A stretch of 64,000 nt of DNA from Camelus dromedarius (GCF_036321535.1 NC_087447.1:49974001-50038000); one strand, 5' to 3'; positions 11,967-24,699 are shown, counted from the stretch's first letter. The notes: a model not told the origin generated them from the sequence alone. Program-made: numbers and translations.

Positions 11967-14900
11967 TGACACTCTTTCTTTATAAATAAGTACTGCAGCT
12001 GACTCTTTTATTTAACCAGCGATAATGCAAAGTTCTTTTTCTGTGGCCACTGTCTTCTTCTGTGCCATTATAAATACCACAGAAAAGCAATGGGTACAAA
12101 TTGGAATCCTTCTGCTAAACCCAGAAGCCCTTTACTGCGTTGTGACTTGCTAGTAAGTAGACTGTACTTAAATGTGTGGGTTTTATCATCTGTTTGCCTC
12201 TAGCTTGACTGGTAGTAGCTTCCTTCTCATACAGCTTTCTTCTCTTAGGCAACTTCTAGGGACTTATTTTGCATGGGGAGTTGTTTACGGAGTAAAAGTT
12301 TAGTGACTTGGGCAAGTCCTTAATGGTCTCCTCATCTCTTATCCAGGGCCCCAGAGGAAAGACCAAGCACATTGCCCTTCCAACCCATCTTGGATTTTTC
12401 TGACTCTCCCAACATCACACCAGTTCATGTCTCACTTAATGTCTTTCCGCATACCATGGGAGGACTACTGGATGCTTGGGTTTGCATTTTCCTGAAAGAA
12501 AAATGCAGCATTTCCTTAGCATACGTGGCTCTACTTTAAGAGGTAGACATTCCATAAATTTACTAGTTGTAAAGGAAGATCAGCTTCAGTGCTTTGTTTT
12601 TATTCAGACATCCTTCCAATTGAAATATCACATCAGTGAGATCCCACTGTTTGGCTGTTATGTAAAGGCATTATCAGCTGTATCCTCAGACCTTTCCTTT
12701 TTATAGAAGCAATAAGGTTTGTGATGCTTTTGTTTTTATGAGCCTGAGTTGCCTTTTATCTGTATGATTCTAAAGACTCCCTGAACAATGCCCTTATTTA
12801 TTCCTGATGGATCTAGAATTATTCCTCCATATGGTGTCATCTTTGCCTCTCTTCCCCTCATCTAACCTCAGTTTAATTTTTTTAAAATTTGGTTTTTATT
12901 AAGACTCTGACACTTTTCTGATATTGGATCAAACTTCTAGTTTGCAGTTCTTGATTAATCATTTGCTTACAACCCCACACTCATAACTGCTTTTGCTGTT
13001 CCTGCTGTCCAGCACATGTTCTTCATTCCAGGCCAGCTGCCTTGCTCACAGCCTCTGGCCCATGACTCATCTTTCCATGTGCCATTCTCCCCACAACTGA
13101 TGCTTTCCTTCCCTCCATTTTTGGCAGAAAAGTATCTCAGTCTAAGAAACAGGACCTTATTTTCCAGGCTGCTTATTAGCTCACACTACTGATCACAGTT
13201 GTCATACCATGGGAAAGGTAGGGCTTAGACAGAAGGGTGCATTAAGGCAGAAGAGGTGTTAAGTAAGTTAGAGAGCACCTCCAGTGAAGTCAGCCAAGGT
13301 GGAAGAGAGCACATGGACCCTGCAGTCCAGAGTCTAGGAGTCAGGATGTCAGGAAGATTGGCCTCACTCAGTAGAACTAAGTTCTGATCTGAGTTCATTC
13401 AGAGGGGTGCTTCTCTCTGTCCCATTTCTATTTCTTGCTTTAAGCACATAGATCCTAAGGTCAGAAGTCTATTGGAAGTTTCCAGGTGAAGCCTACTCTT
13501 AATTAAGGCTAGGGCTGAAATGCCTGGATTTCCTCATAAATCTAGCTTCAAACACACACTTGTGCATGCACGTGCATGCACGTACACTCCCACACACGCG
13601 CACACACCCACGCACAAACACACTCTTAGTTCTTTCTGCTCAGGGCCCAATAGGAGTGGCAGAGTATGGTATAAAGAGGTGCTCAGAATAGTCCCACTTG
13701 CTTTGAGGTCAGGACCAGGAGGGAGGCCGACTGTGTGCAGCGGGGAATTTGGGGAGGTCAGCCCTCCACGTCACTCTCAGCTCCAGCACCTGTTTGGCCC
13801 TCCTTTTGGAGCACGTTCCAAGTAGCTGTTGATTTCATTCTGAACTGAACCAAAGCCACAAGTATGCTGAACTAGTTTTATTCATCTGTTTAAAAATGGA
13901 TTACTTCTGGTAATTTTGTATCCTCTGCAACTTTATACTCTTTGAAATGGAGAGATTACATTTGTGTGTGTCTTTATGATCAGTAGGTTAACCACCCTGA
14001 CTCCACAGGGAGCAGGTATCTTGCTCTCTGGTGTTTTATCATCACTGTTATGGCAGTTTTAAAAGGAGAAGACAGTCAACTTCTTATAAACAGACTTTCT
14101 TAGGTTTCGGAGTTCATTCAGGAAGCCTCTTTTGAGCATTTAGAAAGAAACTCTTAGCAAATTTGTGACCAACTCCATCTCTGTTCTGTCTCTGAACTGT
14201 TTCTTGGGGACAGTTTCATTTGGTCTTTAGCCTTATTACCATCACTTTATTACATTTCAATTTATAACAAATCAAAGAACCATTAGTTATTGTGGCTTCT
14301 AACCAGATATTGTATTAATAAGATATTTCCAGCTTGTGAAGGTTTATTTTTATATACATTTATACCGATATATGTTGTCAAAGGGGAGTTTGTCTTCTCA
14401 GCCAGTCTCATTTATACCCCATCTCTAGAGATGTGAACAAATCGTACCGTTAAAATGGCCCCACCTCAGTAATTTATAAGGCACGTTAGTGGAGGTGGAT
14501 GAAAGCATTGGCATGTGTTAAAGTGCCAGAGAAGAAGGAGTGAAGTCATTTAATACTGCATCCATGACTTGGTTGAGGATTTGAATAGTCAATAGGACCT
14601 TTCATCACAACCAGAAGTAGTAGTAAAATCACTTTCTTGGTAGAGGAAATGACAGAATTTAGTAATATTTGTTACTTCAGTATTTGGGATCAGTCCAGCC
14701 CAAGATTTGAAAGCACAGACTTGGAAAGACAGGACTTCAAGTCGAAATCCTCAAGTGTCGTTTGAAGAGCTGAGGGGTTTGGTAAGGCCTGCTGGCCCTT
14801 TTCCTGTCACTGCTGTCTAAAGGAGTGTGTGTGCTGGGCTGGGTATTGAAAGCAAATAGAGCAAAATGCCTTGTATTTAGCGCCATTTACTAATATGTTT

Positions 14901-15719
14901 CATGTGCTGGCCCCTTTGGCTGGAAATAGTCCTCCCTGATGGGCAGCCTGTCACACTGTAGGAATGGGTCTGGCACAGTTCAGGTACAGTGTAATTAACG
15001 CTGATTTGAAAAACCAGCTCCTGCCATAATTGTCAGTAAGTTGATAAGGACATTATATTAGTATTTGTGTGTAGCACAGTAGTTTGCTTTTAGTTCCCAG
15101 AGCATAGAAAGTAGTAAATCGAAAGTTAACAATACTTTTACCTTAGGTTTGTGGAGAGCTTTTACTTTATAAGGTACATGCACATACATCTACGTGACCC
15201 TCATCATCACCCTGCAGAGTGAAAAAGGGCAGGTGCTGGTAACTGAACATGTAGACAGGATGGCTTTTGACATCTGTCCCTCCAGTGTCTTATCACATAG
15301 TCTGACAGCCTTGGCAGACGGTCCTTAACTTCCATAACTTCATTGTTTTATATATTTCTGTCCTAAAAGTGCACAGAATCAAAGAAGATGACATTCCCAG
15401 CTAGCAAAGGAACTGAAAGTTCTTTGAAAGCAGAGACAATAACTGTTTTGCACATAATGATATTTCCACTAGTAAGCACAATGCTGGAAACAATGTCAGT
15501 TCTCAAAACAGGTTTAATGCATGAATGAATGAATGAATGGTGATAATAGCATCATCACATGGCTAAGAAACTGAGATCCAGAGAAGTAAAGTGACTTGCT
15601 TAAAATTGCTGAATTAGTTGACTCAACAAGGATTTGTTGTGCATCTACTGAGTGCTATATATACTGAATTAGGGCTCAACTGATTGAGCAGTGAATAAGA
15701 CACCCAAGAGCCCTGCTTC

Positions 15720-16198
15720 GTGAATAAGCTAGACACTAGTGGACAAATATTGTATGATTTCACTTATATGAATTATCTAGATTAGACAAATTCATAGAGA
15801 CACAAAGTAGATTAGAGGTTACCAGGGGCTGAGGGAAAGGGAAACTGGGGGAGTTATTACTTAATGGTTACAGTTTCTATTTAGGATGATGAAAAAATTT
15901 TGGAAAGAGATAGTGGTTATGGTTGTACAACATTGTGAATGTAATTAATGCCTCTGAATTTTACACTTAAAAATGGTTAAAATGCAGGGGTGGGGAGTAT
16001 AGCTCTGGGGTAGAGCATGTGCTTGGCATGCGTGAGGTCATGGGTTCAATCCCCAGTGCCTCCATTAAGAGGGAAACAATGTTTAAAATGGACAGATTTT
16101 CTGTTATATATTTTACCACAATTTAAAAATTTTTAATATACCAAAACCCATTGAATTGTTTGGTATGTGAATTGTATTGCAATAAAGCTGTTAAAAAA
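15720..16198 (+). mobile_element. Old L1 (L1MB/MC-like) 3' end
   Basis: gacaaatattgtatgatttcacttatatg...agtagattagaggttaccaggggctgaggg...caataaagctgttaaaaaa. Confidence 0.8.
15987..16077 (+). mobile_element. Vic-1-like SINE, short form (tRNA head, almost no tail)
   Basis: ggggagtatagctctggggtagagcatgtgcttggcatgcgtgaggtcatgggttcaatccccagtgcctcca. TSD aatggttaaaatg (15972-15984) / aatgtttaaaatg (16078-16090), one mismatch. Confidence 0.8.
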
Positions 16199-16841
16199 GA
16201 AGGCCCCTGCCTTATAATCTAATGAAAAGAGGCAGACAATAAACAAAGTAATTTTAGATTGTAATAAGTGCTGTGTTGGAAACTGATTAGGGGATATAAT
16301 CGGAAATAACTGGAGTGGGTCCTACTTTACTTTAGATAAAGTCGTCAGATAAGCTTTATGGAGGGAATAATAATTGAGCTAAGACATGGATGATGACAAG
16401 GAACCAGCCATGCAAAAAGCTCGGAAATAGTAAATCCCTTAAGGCCATGGAACCCACTAGTGCAAAGGCCCTGGGGTAGGAAAGAGCTTGTGTGTTCAGG
16501 TGACAGGTAAAAAGCTAATGTGTAAGGAACATAGAAATTAAGGGGAGAAGTAGCCAGGGAATATATTATATGAGGCCTTAGAAATTACAGTAAAAGCTAT
16601 GAGTTTTATTCTAAGTACGGAGGGAAACCAACAAATAATTTAAGCAGGAAAGTGGCTTGATTTGATACGTTTTTCCAAAGATCACTCTGTCTGCTCTAAT
16701 GGATTGCAGGGGACTAGAAGAGAAGTAGAGTTTCACCTTAGAAGGCTACTTTAAAAGACCAGATGAGGGTTAATGGGAGCTTGGACTAGAATAGTAGGTG
16801 TAGAGATGGAAGAAGTGAACAAGTTTAAAATACATTATGGG

Positions 16842-17186
16842 TATTCAGCATCACTAATCATCAAGGAAATGCAGGTCAAAACCATGAGATATCCCTGTTA
16901 GAATGGCTATCATCAAAAAGATAAGGAATAAGTGTCGACAAGGACACAGAGAAAAGGGAACCCTGTTCACTGTTGGTGGGAAAACAGTGTGAGGTTCCTC
17001 AAAAAATTAAAAATAAAGCAACCATAAATCCAGCAATTCTACTTCTGGGTATTTGTCCAAAGGAAACCAAAACACTAACTTGAAAACATACCTGCACAAC
17101 CATGTTTATTGCAGTATTATTCATGATAGCCAAGACATGCAAATAACCTAAGTGTCCACCAAGGGATGAATGGATAAAGAAAACAT
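16842..17186 (+). mobile_element. L1 ORF2 C-terminal fragment
   Basis: tcagcatcactaatcatcaaggaaatgcaggtcaaaacc...aatggataaagaaaac, homologous to 8125-8510. Confidence 0.85.
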
Positions 17187-17289
17187 GTAAGTGAGTTGGT
17201 TGACCTAAGATAGGAAAAAGGGCACTTTCAACAAACTCATAGTTTCAAAATAAAACAAAACGAAAAGACAAAAACCAGTTTCACTTAAG

Positions 17290-18357
17290 AATGCCCTTGA
17301 TAAAGCAGTAAAAAATATTAATTATATTAAATGCTGATCCTTGAGTACAATTTTCTTAGTATTCTGTGTGATGAAAAGGAAAATATGCATGAAGCACTTC
17401 TCTGTACCAAAGTATAATGGACGTTTCAAGGAAAAGCATTTGTGCAGTTGAGTAGCAACCAACTATACGGACTTAGGTATTTGGCAGACATTTTTTTTTC
17501 AAAAATGAATGAAGTGTGAGCCTTTGTCTTAAAGAAAATCAACTGATGATGAAATTCAAGATTTTGAATGACAATAGTATTTCAGAAAACTTGTATTTGC
17601 CACCATGACATTGACAGCTGTCAATGTCATTCCTTAAAGATGTTTTTGATGAAGTGTTGGTAGTGATGTTTAACAAATGTGATTTTTAAATATTTTATAA
17701 TGAATGTGTCGGCATTTAAAATCTATATAACTAAGTGATTCAGTGTTTTCCAAATGACCAGTGTATGTTGCTATGAAATCATGAACAGGTAGAGATCTCT
17801 TCACAGTGCAAAAAAACCCAGTGGATTTTAATGGAATAGATGTAAAAAGTGTGTTGATACGTTTTCAGATTCTACATTGCTGCTAATCTTTAAGAAACTG
17901 CTGCTTGTTAAGTTTGGAGGTAGTATCAGAGAAGAATATCTACAATTACCTGAAAAAAGCTATAAAATACTCCCTTCTTTCCCAATTACATATCTACATG
18001 AGGCTGAATTTTCTTATGAAACAACATAAAGTAAAATGAATGCAGACGAATATATGAGAATCTAGCTGCCTTCTGTTAAGGCAGACATTGCAAAAAAGAC
18101 TTGCAAAAATATAAAACAATTTCACTCATCTCACTAAATTTCTTTTTTGGAAAATATGCTTGTTTTTCATTAAAGGATTATTTATATTAACAAGTAGTAA
18201 ATTTCTATTGTTATTTTTAAGTGAATTAATAAATATTTAAATATTTTTCAATTTTAACTTCTAATATGGTAAATATGGAGATGTGTGACCTACATAAACA
18301 GAAGCTTCCTCAATAAAGTGTAAAGAATCTTGAGACCAGAAAGGTTGAGATCCACTG
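17290..18357 (+). mobile_element. Charlie1-type hAT DNA transposon, 3' part (decayed transposase C-terminus and right TIR)
   Basis: ggtatttggcagacat...agtatcagagaagaatatctacaatta...atatgagaatctagctgccttct; ends gagaccagaaaggttgagatccactg, followed by hAT-like target ccctagag. Confidence 0.8.
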
Positions 18358-19429
18358 CCCTAGAGAATGTGACCATCCAGGTTTCCTAAGAAACACCTCA
18401 ACTGCTCAGAGTCTGATAAACCAAGACACATGTGTCAGCTCCCCACATGTGGAGACATTATATAAGAGGCCTACCACTTTGAATTCTGGTAATACTGTGC
18501 AATACAAGTCATAAGGCCAGCACTTACCAGTGGATTCTCTTCTATTGCTTTTGGGTTTTCTCGAGCCAGGCCTCTTCTCTCCCTTCTTGAAAGCTCAGGG
18601 ACTTAAGAGTAATACTTTGAGGATATAGTTTACAAATACTAATGACGACTTACACTTGTACTGAACTTAATGGCTTTTGGTATACTTACACTTCTGTATC
18701 TCACTTCATACTCTGTGAAGTCTGTTGACCACATCTATCTTTAGATAAGAGATTGAGTTACTGCTACACCGTGCTATCCTCCCGAGGATGACAAAGCCAT
18801 TTAATGGCAAACAGAATTCAAGTCCAAGTTTTCTGAGGTCAAATTCAGCTATATCCCACTAACTTTGTTTCTTCCTCTTTTTTTCCTTTTTAATGTGGGC
18901 ATTATTACAATCTTATGAGGTCGATAAGGCGCTGTTATCTGCCTTTTACAGATGAGACCCCCGAAATCAGGAGTTAGGTTGAAGAACTGGGATTAGATCC
19001 TGGAGACTTCACGGCCTCTCTTCTTTTTACTCTATTACCTCTCTTTTTTCTCAATTTACTTTAAGACTTCATAGAAAGTAAAAGTAGCTTCTCCTTCCAA
19101 AAACAGTTGGAAACTTCTGTTCTGCCAGGGACAAGGTCTTTCTGTAAACCTGACTACTCATGGGGCCCACAGTGCACAGCTATTTAGAAGGGATCAATGC
19201 CAGCTTACACGCAGCGGCTTAAATTCATGTCTGTTTCTTCAACATACAGTTCAATGTATGTGACACATGAGGAGAAAGTGCATTTTTATTTTCTTAATTC
19301 TTCTTGGAATCAAGAATACAAATACCAAGGATGTTTTCATAGACAAAATGCCTTTTTTTCCCCTGCCACCTACAAAATTGTCAATAATATTGTAGAAACT
19401 ATTTTTTCAAAAGTCCTGTATCTTAAAAA

Positions 19430-20915
19430 ACAACAATTTACTGAGATATAATTCACAGACCATACAGTTAACCCATTTATAATGTACAATTCAGTGGGTT
19501 TTTTTTTTTTTGTAATATTCAAATAGTTGTACAACTATCACCACAGTCAGTTTTAGAACATATTTTTCACCCCAAAAGAACTGAACGCATTAGCAGTTAC
19601 TCCCTGTTCCCCTAAAACTTCCATCCCTAGACAGCCTCCATTCTACTTCTGTTTCTGTAGATTCCCCTGTTCTGGACACTTCATGGACTGGAATCAAATA
19701 TGTAGTCTTTGTGACTGGCTTCTTTGCCTTAGCATAGGTTTGCGGTTCAGCCATGTTGTAGCATGTCTCAGTCATTCCTTTTTTTTTTTTAAACTTTTGT
19801 TATTGAATTATAGTCATTTTACAATGTTGTGTCAAATTCCAATGTAGAGCACAATTTTTCAGTTATACATGAACATACATATATTCATTGTCACTTTTTT
19901 TTCACTGTGAGAGTCATTCCTTTTTGTTAACAGATCGTTTTGGCAATTTGAAGATGTATATGGATAGACCATATTTTATTCATCCCTTCATCAATTGATA
20001 TACATTTGGGCTGTTTACACTTGGGGGCTATTAAGAATAATGCTGCTGTAAGCATTCATGTGCAAGTTTTTTGTGGGGCATGTTTTCATTACTCTTGGGT
20101 ATATACATGTGAGTGGAACTGCTGAGCCATATAGTAACTATGTTTAACACTTTGAGGAATTGCCAGACTATTTTCTAAAAGCAGTTACACCATTTTACAT
20201 TCCCACTAGCGATGTATAAAAGTTCCAATTTCTGTCTTTTTTATTATAGCCATCCTCCTAGATGTAAAGTGGTATCTCATTGTGGTTTTGATTTGAATTT
20301 CCCTAAAGGCTAATGATGTTAAGCGTCTTTTCATGTGCTTATTAGGCATTTGTACATCTTTGGAGAAATGTCTGTTCAAATCCTTTGCCCATTTTTAAAT
20401 TGAGTTATTTGTCTTTATTACTGAGTTGTAAGAGGTCTTTATATAATCTAAATACAGGTCTCTTCTCAGATGAATGATTTGCAAGTATTTTCTGCTATTT
20501 GCAGGTTGTCTTTTTCACTCTCTTAATACTATCTGTTGAAACACAAAGGTTTTTAGTTTTGATGAAGTCTAGTTTTTAATCTATCTTTTCTTTTTCTTAT
20601 GCTTTTGGTGTCACATTTAAGAAAGCTTAGCTCAAGTATTTTTGGGTTTCTTCTGTGTAGTTTAGCTTGCAAGTTTAGGTCAGTGATCCGTCTTGAATTA
20701 ATTTTTTTTTTTTTTGATATGGTGTAAGGAAGGGGTCCAACTTCATTCTTTTTTTTTGTGGATATCCAGTTAGTCCAGAAAGTTTTGTTGAAAAGACTGC
20801 TTATTCATTAGCCATTGAATAGTTTTGGCACTCTTGTTGAAAATGAATTAACTATAAATGTGAGGATTTATATCTGAATTGTAAATTCTATTCTGTTAGT
20901 CTGTATATCTGTCTA
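19430..20915 (-). mobile_element. L1MB-like element (3' UTR into ORF2), antisense to UVRAG
   Basis: tttactgagatataattcacagaccatac...gtggtatctcattgtggttttgatttg...ttgttgaaaagact. Confidence 0.85.
19784..19911 (-). mobile_element. Young short L1 3' terminal insertion inside the older L1
   Basis: Poly-T head, then ttattgaattatagtcattttacaatgttgtgtcaaattcc. Perfect 14-bp TSD agtcattccttttt at 19770-19783 and 19912-19925. Confidence 0.8.
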
Positions 20916-21113
20916 TGTGAGCTCCCTGGGCATGTTTCAGATGTTCAGTAAATATTTGTTGAAAGAGTGAGTGGTGAATGAGTTAGTCAAGAGATTGTTC
21001 TTTCCTCTTTAAGATTGATAGTTAACTTATTTCTATTTAAATATATGTGTATTTAAATACATCTTGATTTATGTCTATTTAAATGGAGGCTTCAATTGAG
21101 GTAGAAAAATTAC

Positions 21114-21170
21114 ATATATATAGAGAGAGAGAGAGAGACAGACAGACAGAGAGAAAGAAAGAAAGAAAGA
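21114..21170. repeat. Compound microsatellite (TA)n(GA)n(GACA)n(GAAA)n
   Basis: Directly visible. Confidence 0.9.
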
Positions 21171-22249
21171 GTTGTTTTCCAAAATTTCCATTCTGTGTTT
21201 AAAGCGATAACGTACTACCTTTTTGTAGTTTAAAGTGACTGGTGAAGTGTTCTTTTATTTTTTTTTTAAAGACCCATATCAGCTATTATCAGGTTACTAG
21301 ACATTTTTAATGATATATTGGCTGTGATCACTGTACTTTCAAATGCTTAGAGTGATAAATTAAAAAGACAAAATAATTTATTTTTACCTCAGTTGGACAT
21401 TTTCTCCCACTTTAAACTGAAACCAGAAATCCAATGCCAAAAATATCTTTCCAAATGAAAAATGAGACAGTTTTAACTTATATCTACATAGCTTACTTTA
21501 GAGTACACAGATTTTCACGTACATTACCTCTTTTATCCTCTGCAAAAGCCCTAAAAGTGTTGGTATGATTATCCCCATTTTACATTTAGAGAAACTGAGC
21601 CTCTGAATAGTGAGCAAAGAAACTCAGACTCTAATCATCTGATTCTATGTTCAGGTCTGTGGCTACCTAAGTATAAATTTAACACCTTACTTGGTTTAAA
21701 ATCTTAGATAACTTCTATCTCTTCCTTTATCCCAGTTGTTTTAAAAGATGCACTTTAGCCTTGTATTTTGTATATTTTAATATTTTGAGCTGGCAAATTT
21801 TTCTCTTCAATTAAATAAGTTGTTTATCTGGTAATGCTGTTAGCCTTTTCCAAGGTATCACTATGACTGACATTTGTTGCTGGGAGAAAAATATTTGAAG
21901 AATGCACCTCAACTGAAATGAGATATATAATGCTTAGTTCAGAGAAGGTAGAATATAAATTCTGTTTTTTATGGCTAAGCCTCATGAAATGAACTACGAG
22001 AAATAATATGTATGAAAAGTGAATTTGTTCTGATTTTAGTTGGCATCAAAGGGACCAGCATAGCTTAGGTGTAAAGTATTTAAAGAAATGAACTTCAAAA
22101 AATTGTTATATGTAAATTTTGGTGTCTACTAGAGAAAAGCATTTTAAAATGTGCTGACTTGGGTTTCTAGGAAGGATAAAATTAGTGTCCTAATTAATGT
22201 AAATTGTCAAGGGAAAGGCCAAAATCCTGGAATAAATGAACTAAAATAA

Positions 22250-22510
22250 ACATAGCATAGCTTAGTATTTAAGGGCAAGTACTACTAGACTGCGAAGTTC
22301 CAGTGCCAGTTCTGTCACTTTAGCTATATGATTTTAGATAAGTTACTTAATCTCTCTGCTTCAGTGTCCTTATCTGTAAAATAAGGGTAATAATACCTAT
22401 AATTATAGGTATAATTCCCATCTCTTAGAGTTGTTGAAAGTATTACATAATACTTATAAACCATTTAGAATAGTACCTGGAACAGAGTTAGTGCTTAGTT
22501 TTTGCTAAAT
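22250..22510 (+). mobile_element. MIR SINE, near full length
   Basis: agttacttaatctctctgcttcagtgtccttatctgtaaaataagggtaataatacct...ttagaatagtacctggaacagag. Confidence 0.8.
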
Positions 22511-22779
22511 AAATAAAATGCAAAATGCAATATAATCTTTGTGATAAAGAAGTCCCCAACATTCTGCAAATACAAAATAAGATGTGGAAGTAAGATTACA
22601 AGCTAAATGCAAGTTAAGACAAAGTAAAAGTTTATGGGGGAGTTGCCTTTTTAACTGCATCAGTGAGGGTACCATGTATAAGGAAGGAACAGTATTAGGA
22701 CACCTTGTTCACTGTCAGTGAGCTTTCAGTTTCAGGTTAATGTTTTTTCTTCTGTTTTTTTTTTTTTTTTTTTTTCCAA

Positions 22780-23460
22780 AATAGAAATAAACTCTTTATC
22801 ATATAAATGATTCAATTGCAATATAAATTTGTTTTTAAAATACAGCAAACATTAAGGAAAAAATTAAAACCACTTGGGTTCTACTACTCAGAGATAACCA
22901 TTGTAATATTTTAATGAATATCTTTCTAAACATCTATGCAAATATACATACATAAATTAAGTAGGTAAAATTTTACATAAATGGTTTCATACCGTGTGTT
23001 CTGTTGTGTGTCCTACTCTTTTCATTTAACTACATTGTGAAGATAGTTACATGTTGATGAATATAGTTGTATAAAATTGTGTTGTCTGCATTGCATTCTG
23101 TCGTATGGACATATTGTAATTAACAGCTTCCTTGCTGATGATCATTCAGATTATTTCCAAGATTTCCCTGTTATGAACAACATTGCAATAAGGGAAGCAT
23201 CCTTCTACTTAGATAGTTATACCTGTGTTCTGTTATTTCTTTAAGATGAGTATCTAATTGCTAGGTCAAAGAATACATACATTTTAAAGTTTGACATATC
23301 TGATTCTTTATCTTCTTGCCAGTATATTTTGTTATTAACCTTTTTTATATGAAAGAAGACAATATCTCTGTGCTTTTATATGTAGCTCTTTGATTATTAG
23401 TGAATGTTAAGTTCAGGCATTTCACATATATATATTTGCTGTTTCAAGTTTTTTTGTGAA
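22780..23460 (-). mobile_element. Ancient L1 (L1ME-like) 3' fragment
   Basis: cagagataaccattgtaatattt...gatgatcattcagattatttcca...aattgctaggtcaaag. Confidence 0.55.
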
Positions 23461-23576
23461 TAACCAATATCTTTTGATAAATATGCCTTCTTAGAAATTA
23501 CAGGTAGACTGTAGAACCCCTAAAATGATATAAGATATAAGGAAATATTACATAGGCTTTGCAACTAAGGGTGCAG

Positions 23577-23591
23577 AATTTGCTGAGTCAC
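23577..23591 (-). promoter_or_regulatory. Consensus ARE/NF-E2 (CNC-sMaf) motif
   Basis: Minus strand reads GTGACTCAGCAAATT, an exact RTGACTCAGCA match with an AT-rich flank. Motif match only; function is not shown. Confidence 0.4.
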
Positions 23592-24699
23592 AGACTTGTG
23601 TCAGTCTTTATTTCTCTGTTTTTACCTCCTTTCTTCCTCCCTAGGGTTGTCAGTTCGCTTGCTCTGTAAGAGTCTACGGCAGTAGGGCAAAGGTTGGACC
23701 AAAGACAGCTTTTGGAAAAAGCATCTTAACTCTGATCTGCTGCCTGGCTGCTTTCTTCATTCTTTTCCTCTGCTTGGCACTTTTCGTCTGTTATAAAATG
23801 TTTCTTTTCTTTCATTTGAGTCCTGTGACTGGTATGACAATTTCTATTTATTCTCTTGCTGTTTCTGTGGCTCCAAGCAGGGCTGATTGACCACTTACTC
23901 TGTGTCAGGAGCTGGGCCGGGCACCGGGGAGACAAGGATGAATAGGACTTGGTTCCTACACCTGGTGCTCACCTTCTCTCCAGGGTGGCATTACAAGTGA
24001 GGTGTGTGCTGATAATAGGTGTGCAGGTAAAGTTCTTTGGGAAGTATTTCTAAAGGACACATTCACACTGGGTCTTTAAGGCTGAGTCAAGGTTTGTTTT
24101 GAAAGAAGAAGGGGGGAGGACAAGGGGAGGGGAATGTCAAGACTCCAGGCAGAGGTGCTAGTGTGAGCAGAGCTTGAAGGTGACATGTACCCTGGCATCA
24201 GTCGCTGGCTCTCCCCTGGGCCTCTTGATGACATAACTGTGTTCCTGGGCAGTAAAGTTTCCTCCTCACTGTCTCCTCATCTGCATTTATAGGCTACGAC
24301 ATCTTACCTTTTCCTGAGACATGGCATTTTCCATCAGGTGGAATATTGCATCCCTAGAGGGCTCTTGCAAAATTTAGCAGTGTTCTTTCTGTTTTGCTAC
24401 AAGTAAACTATTAGTAAACATTCAATGTGATATTTTAAACTCATAATGAAATAAAGTGAGACCATTTTAGAATTTTAAATTTTAGAACTGTATTTTTTTT
24501 AATGTGGTGCTATATATTCAAGGTATTAAAAGAAGAAATACAAATCTCTTACTCTGTTCATCCTTATAAAAGCAGAACTGAGTCAGGCTGTGACTCACCT
24601 ACCTGGATTAAAGCATCGTAGATTGGGCTTTGAGCATTAAACTTTTATCCCTCCTCTACTGCTTAGTGTAATAGTATACATATGATAATAAAAATGTTT

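Larger units (their letters stand above)
15620..16830 (-). mobile_element. L2 LINE 3' part, interrupted by L1 and SINE
   Basis: caacaaggatttgttgtgcatctactgagtgc...tgcaaaggccctggggtaggaaagagcttg...aagatcactctgtctgct...tagtaggtgtagagatggaga. Confidence 0.7.

Noticed and set aside
17290..18357. Domesticated hAT transposase gene
   Set aside because: No ORF of 60 aa or more in the track over this region; many indels; 5' part missing.
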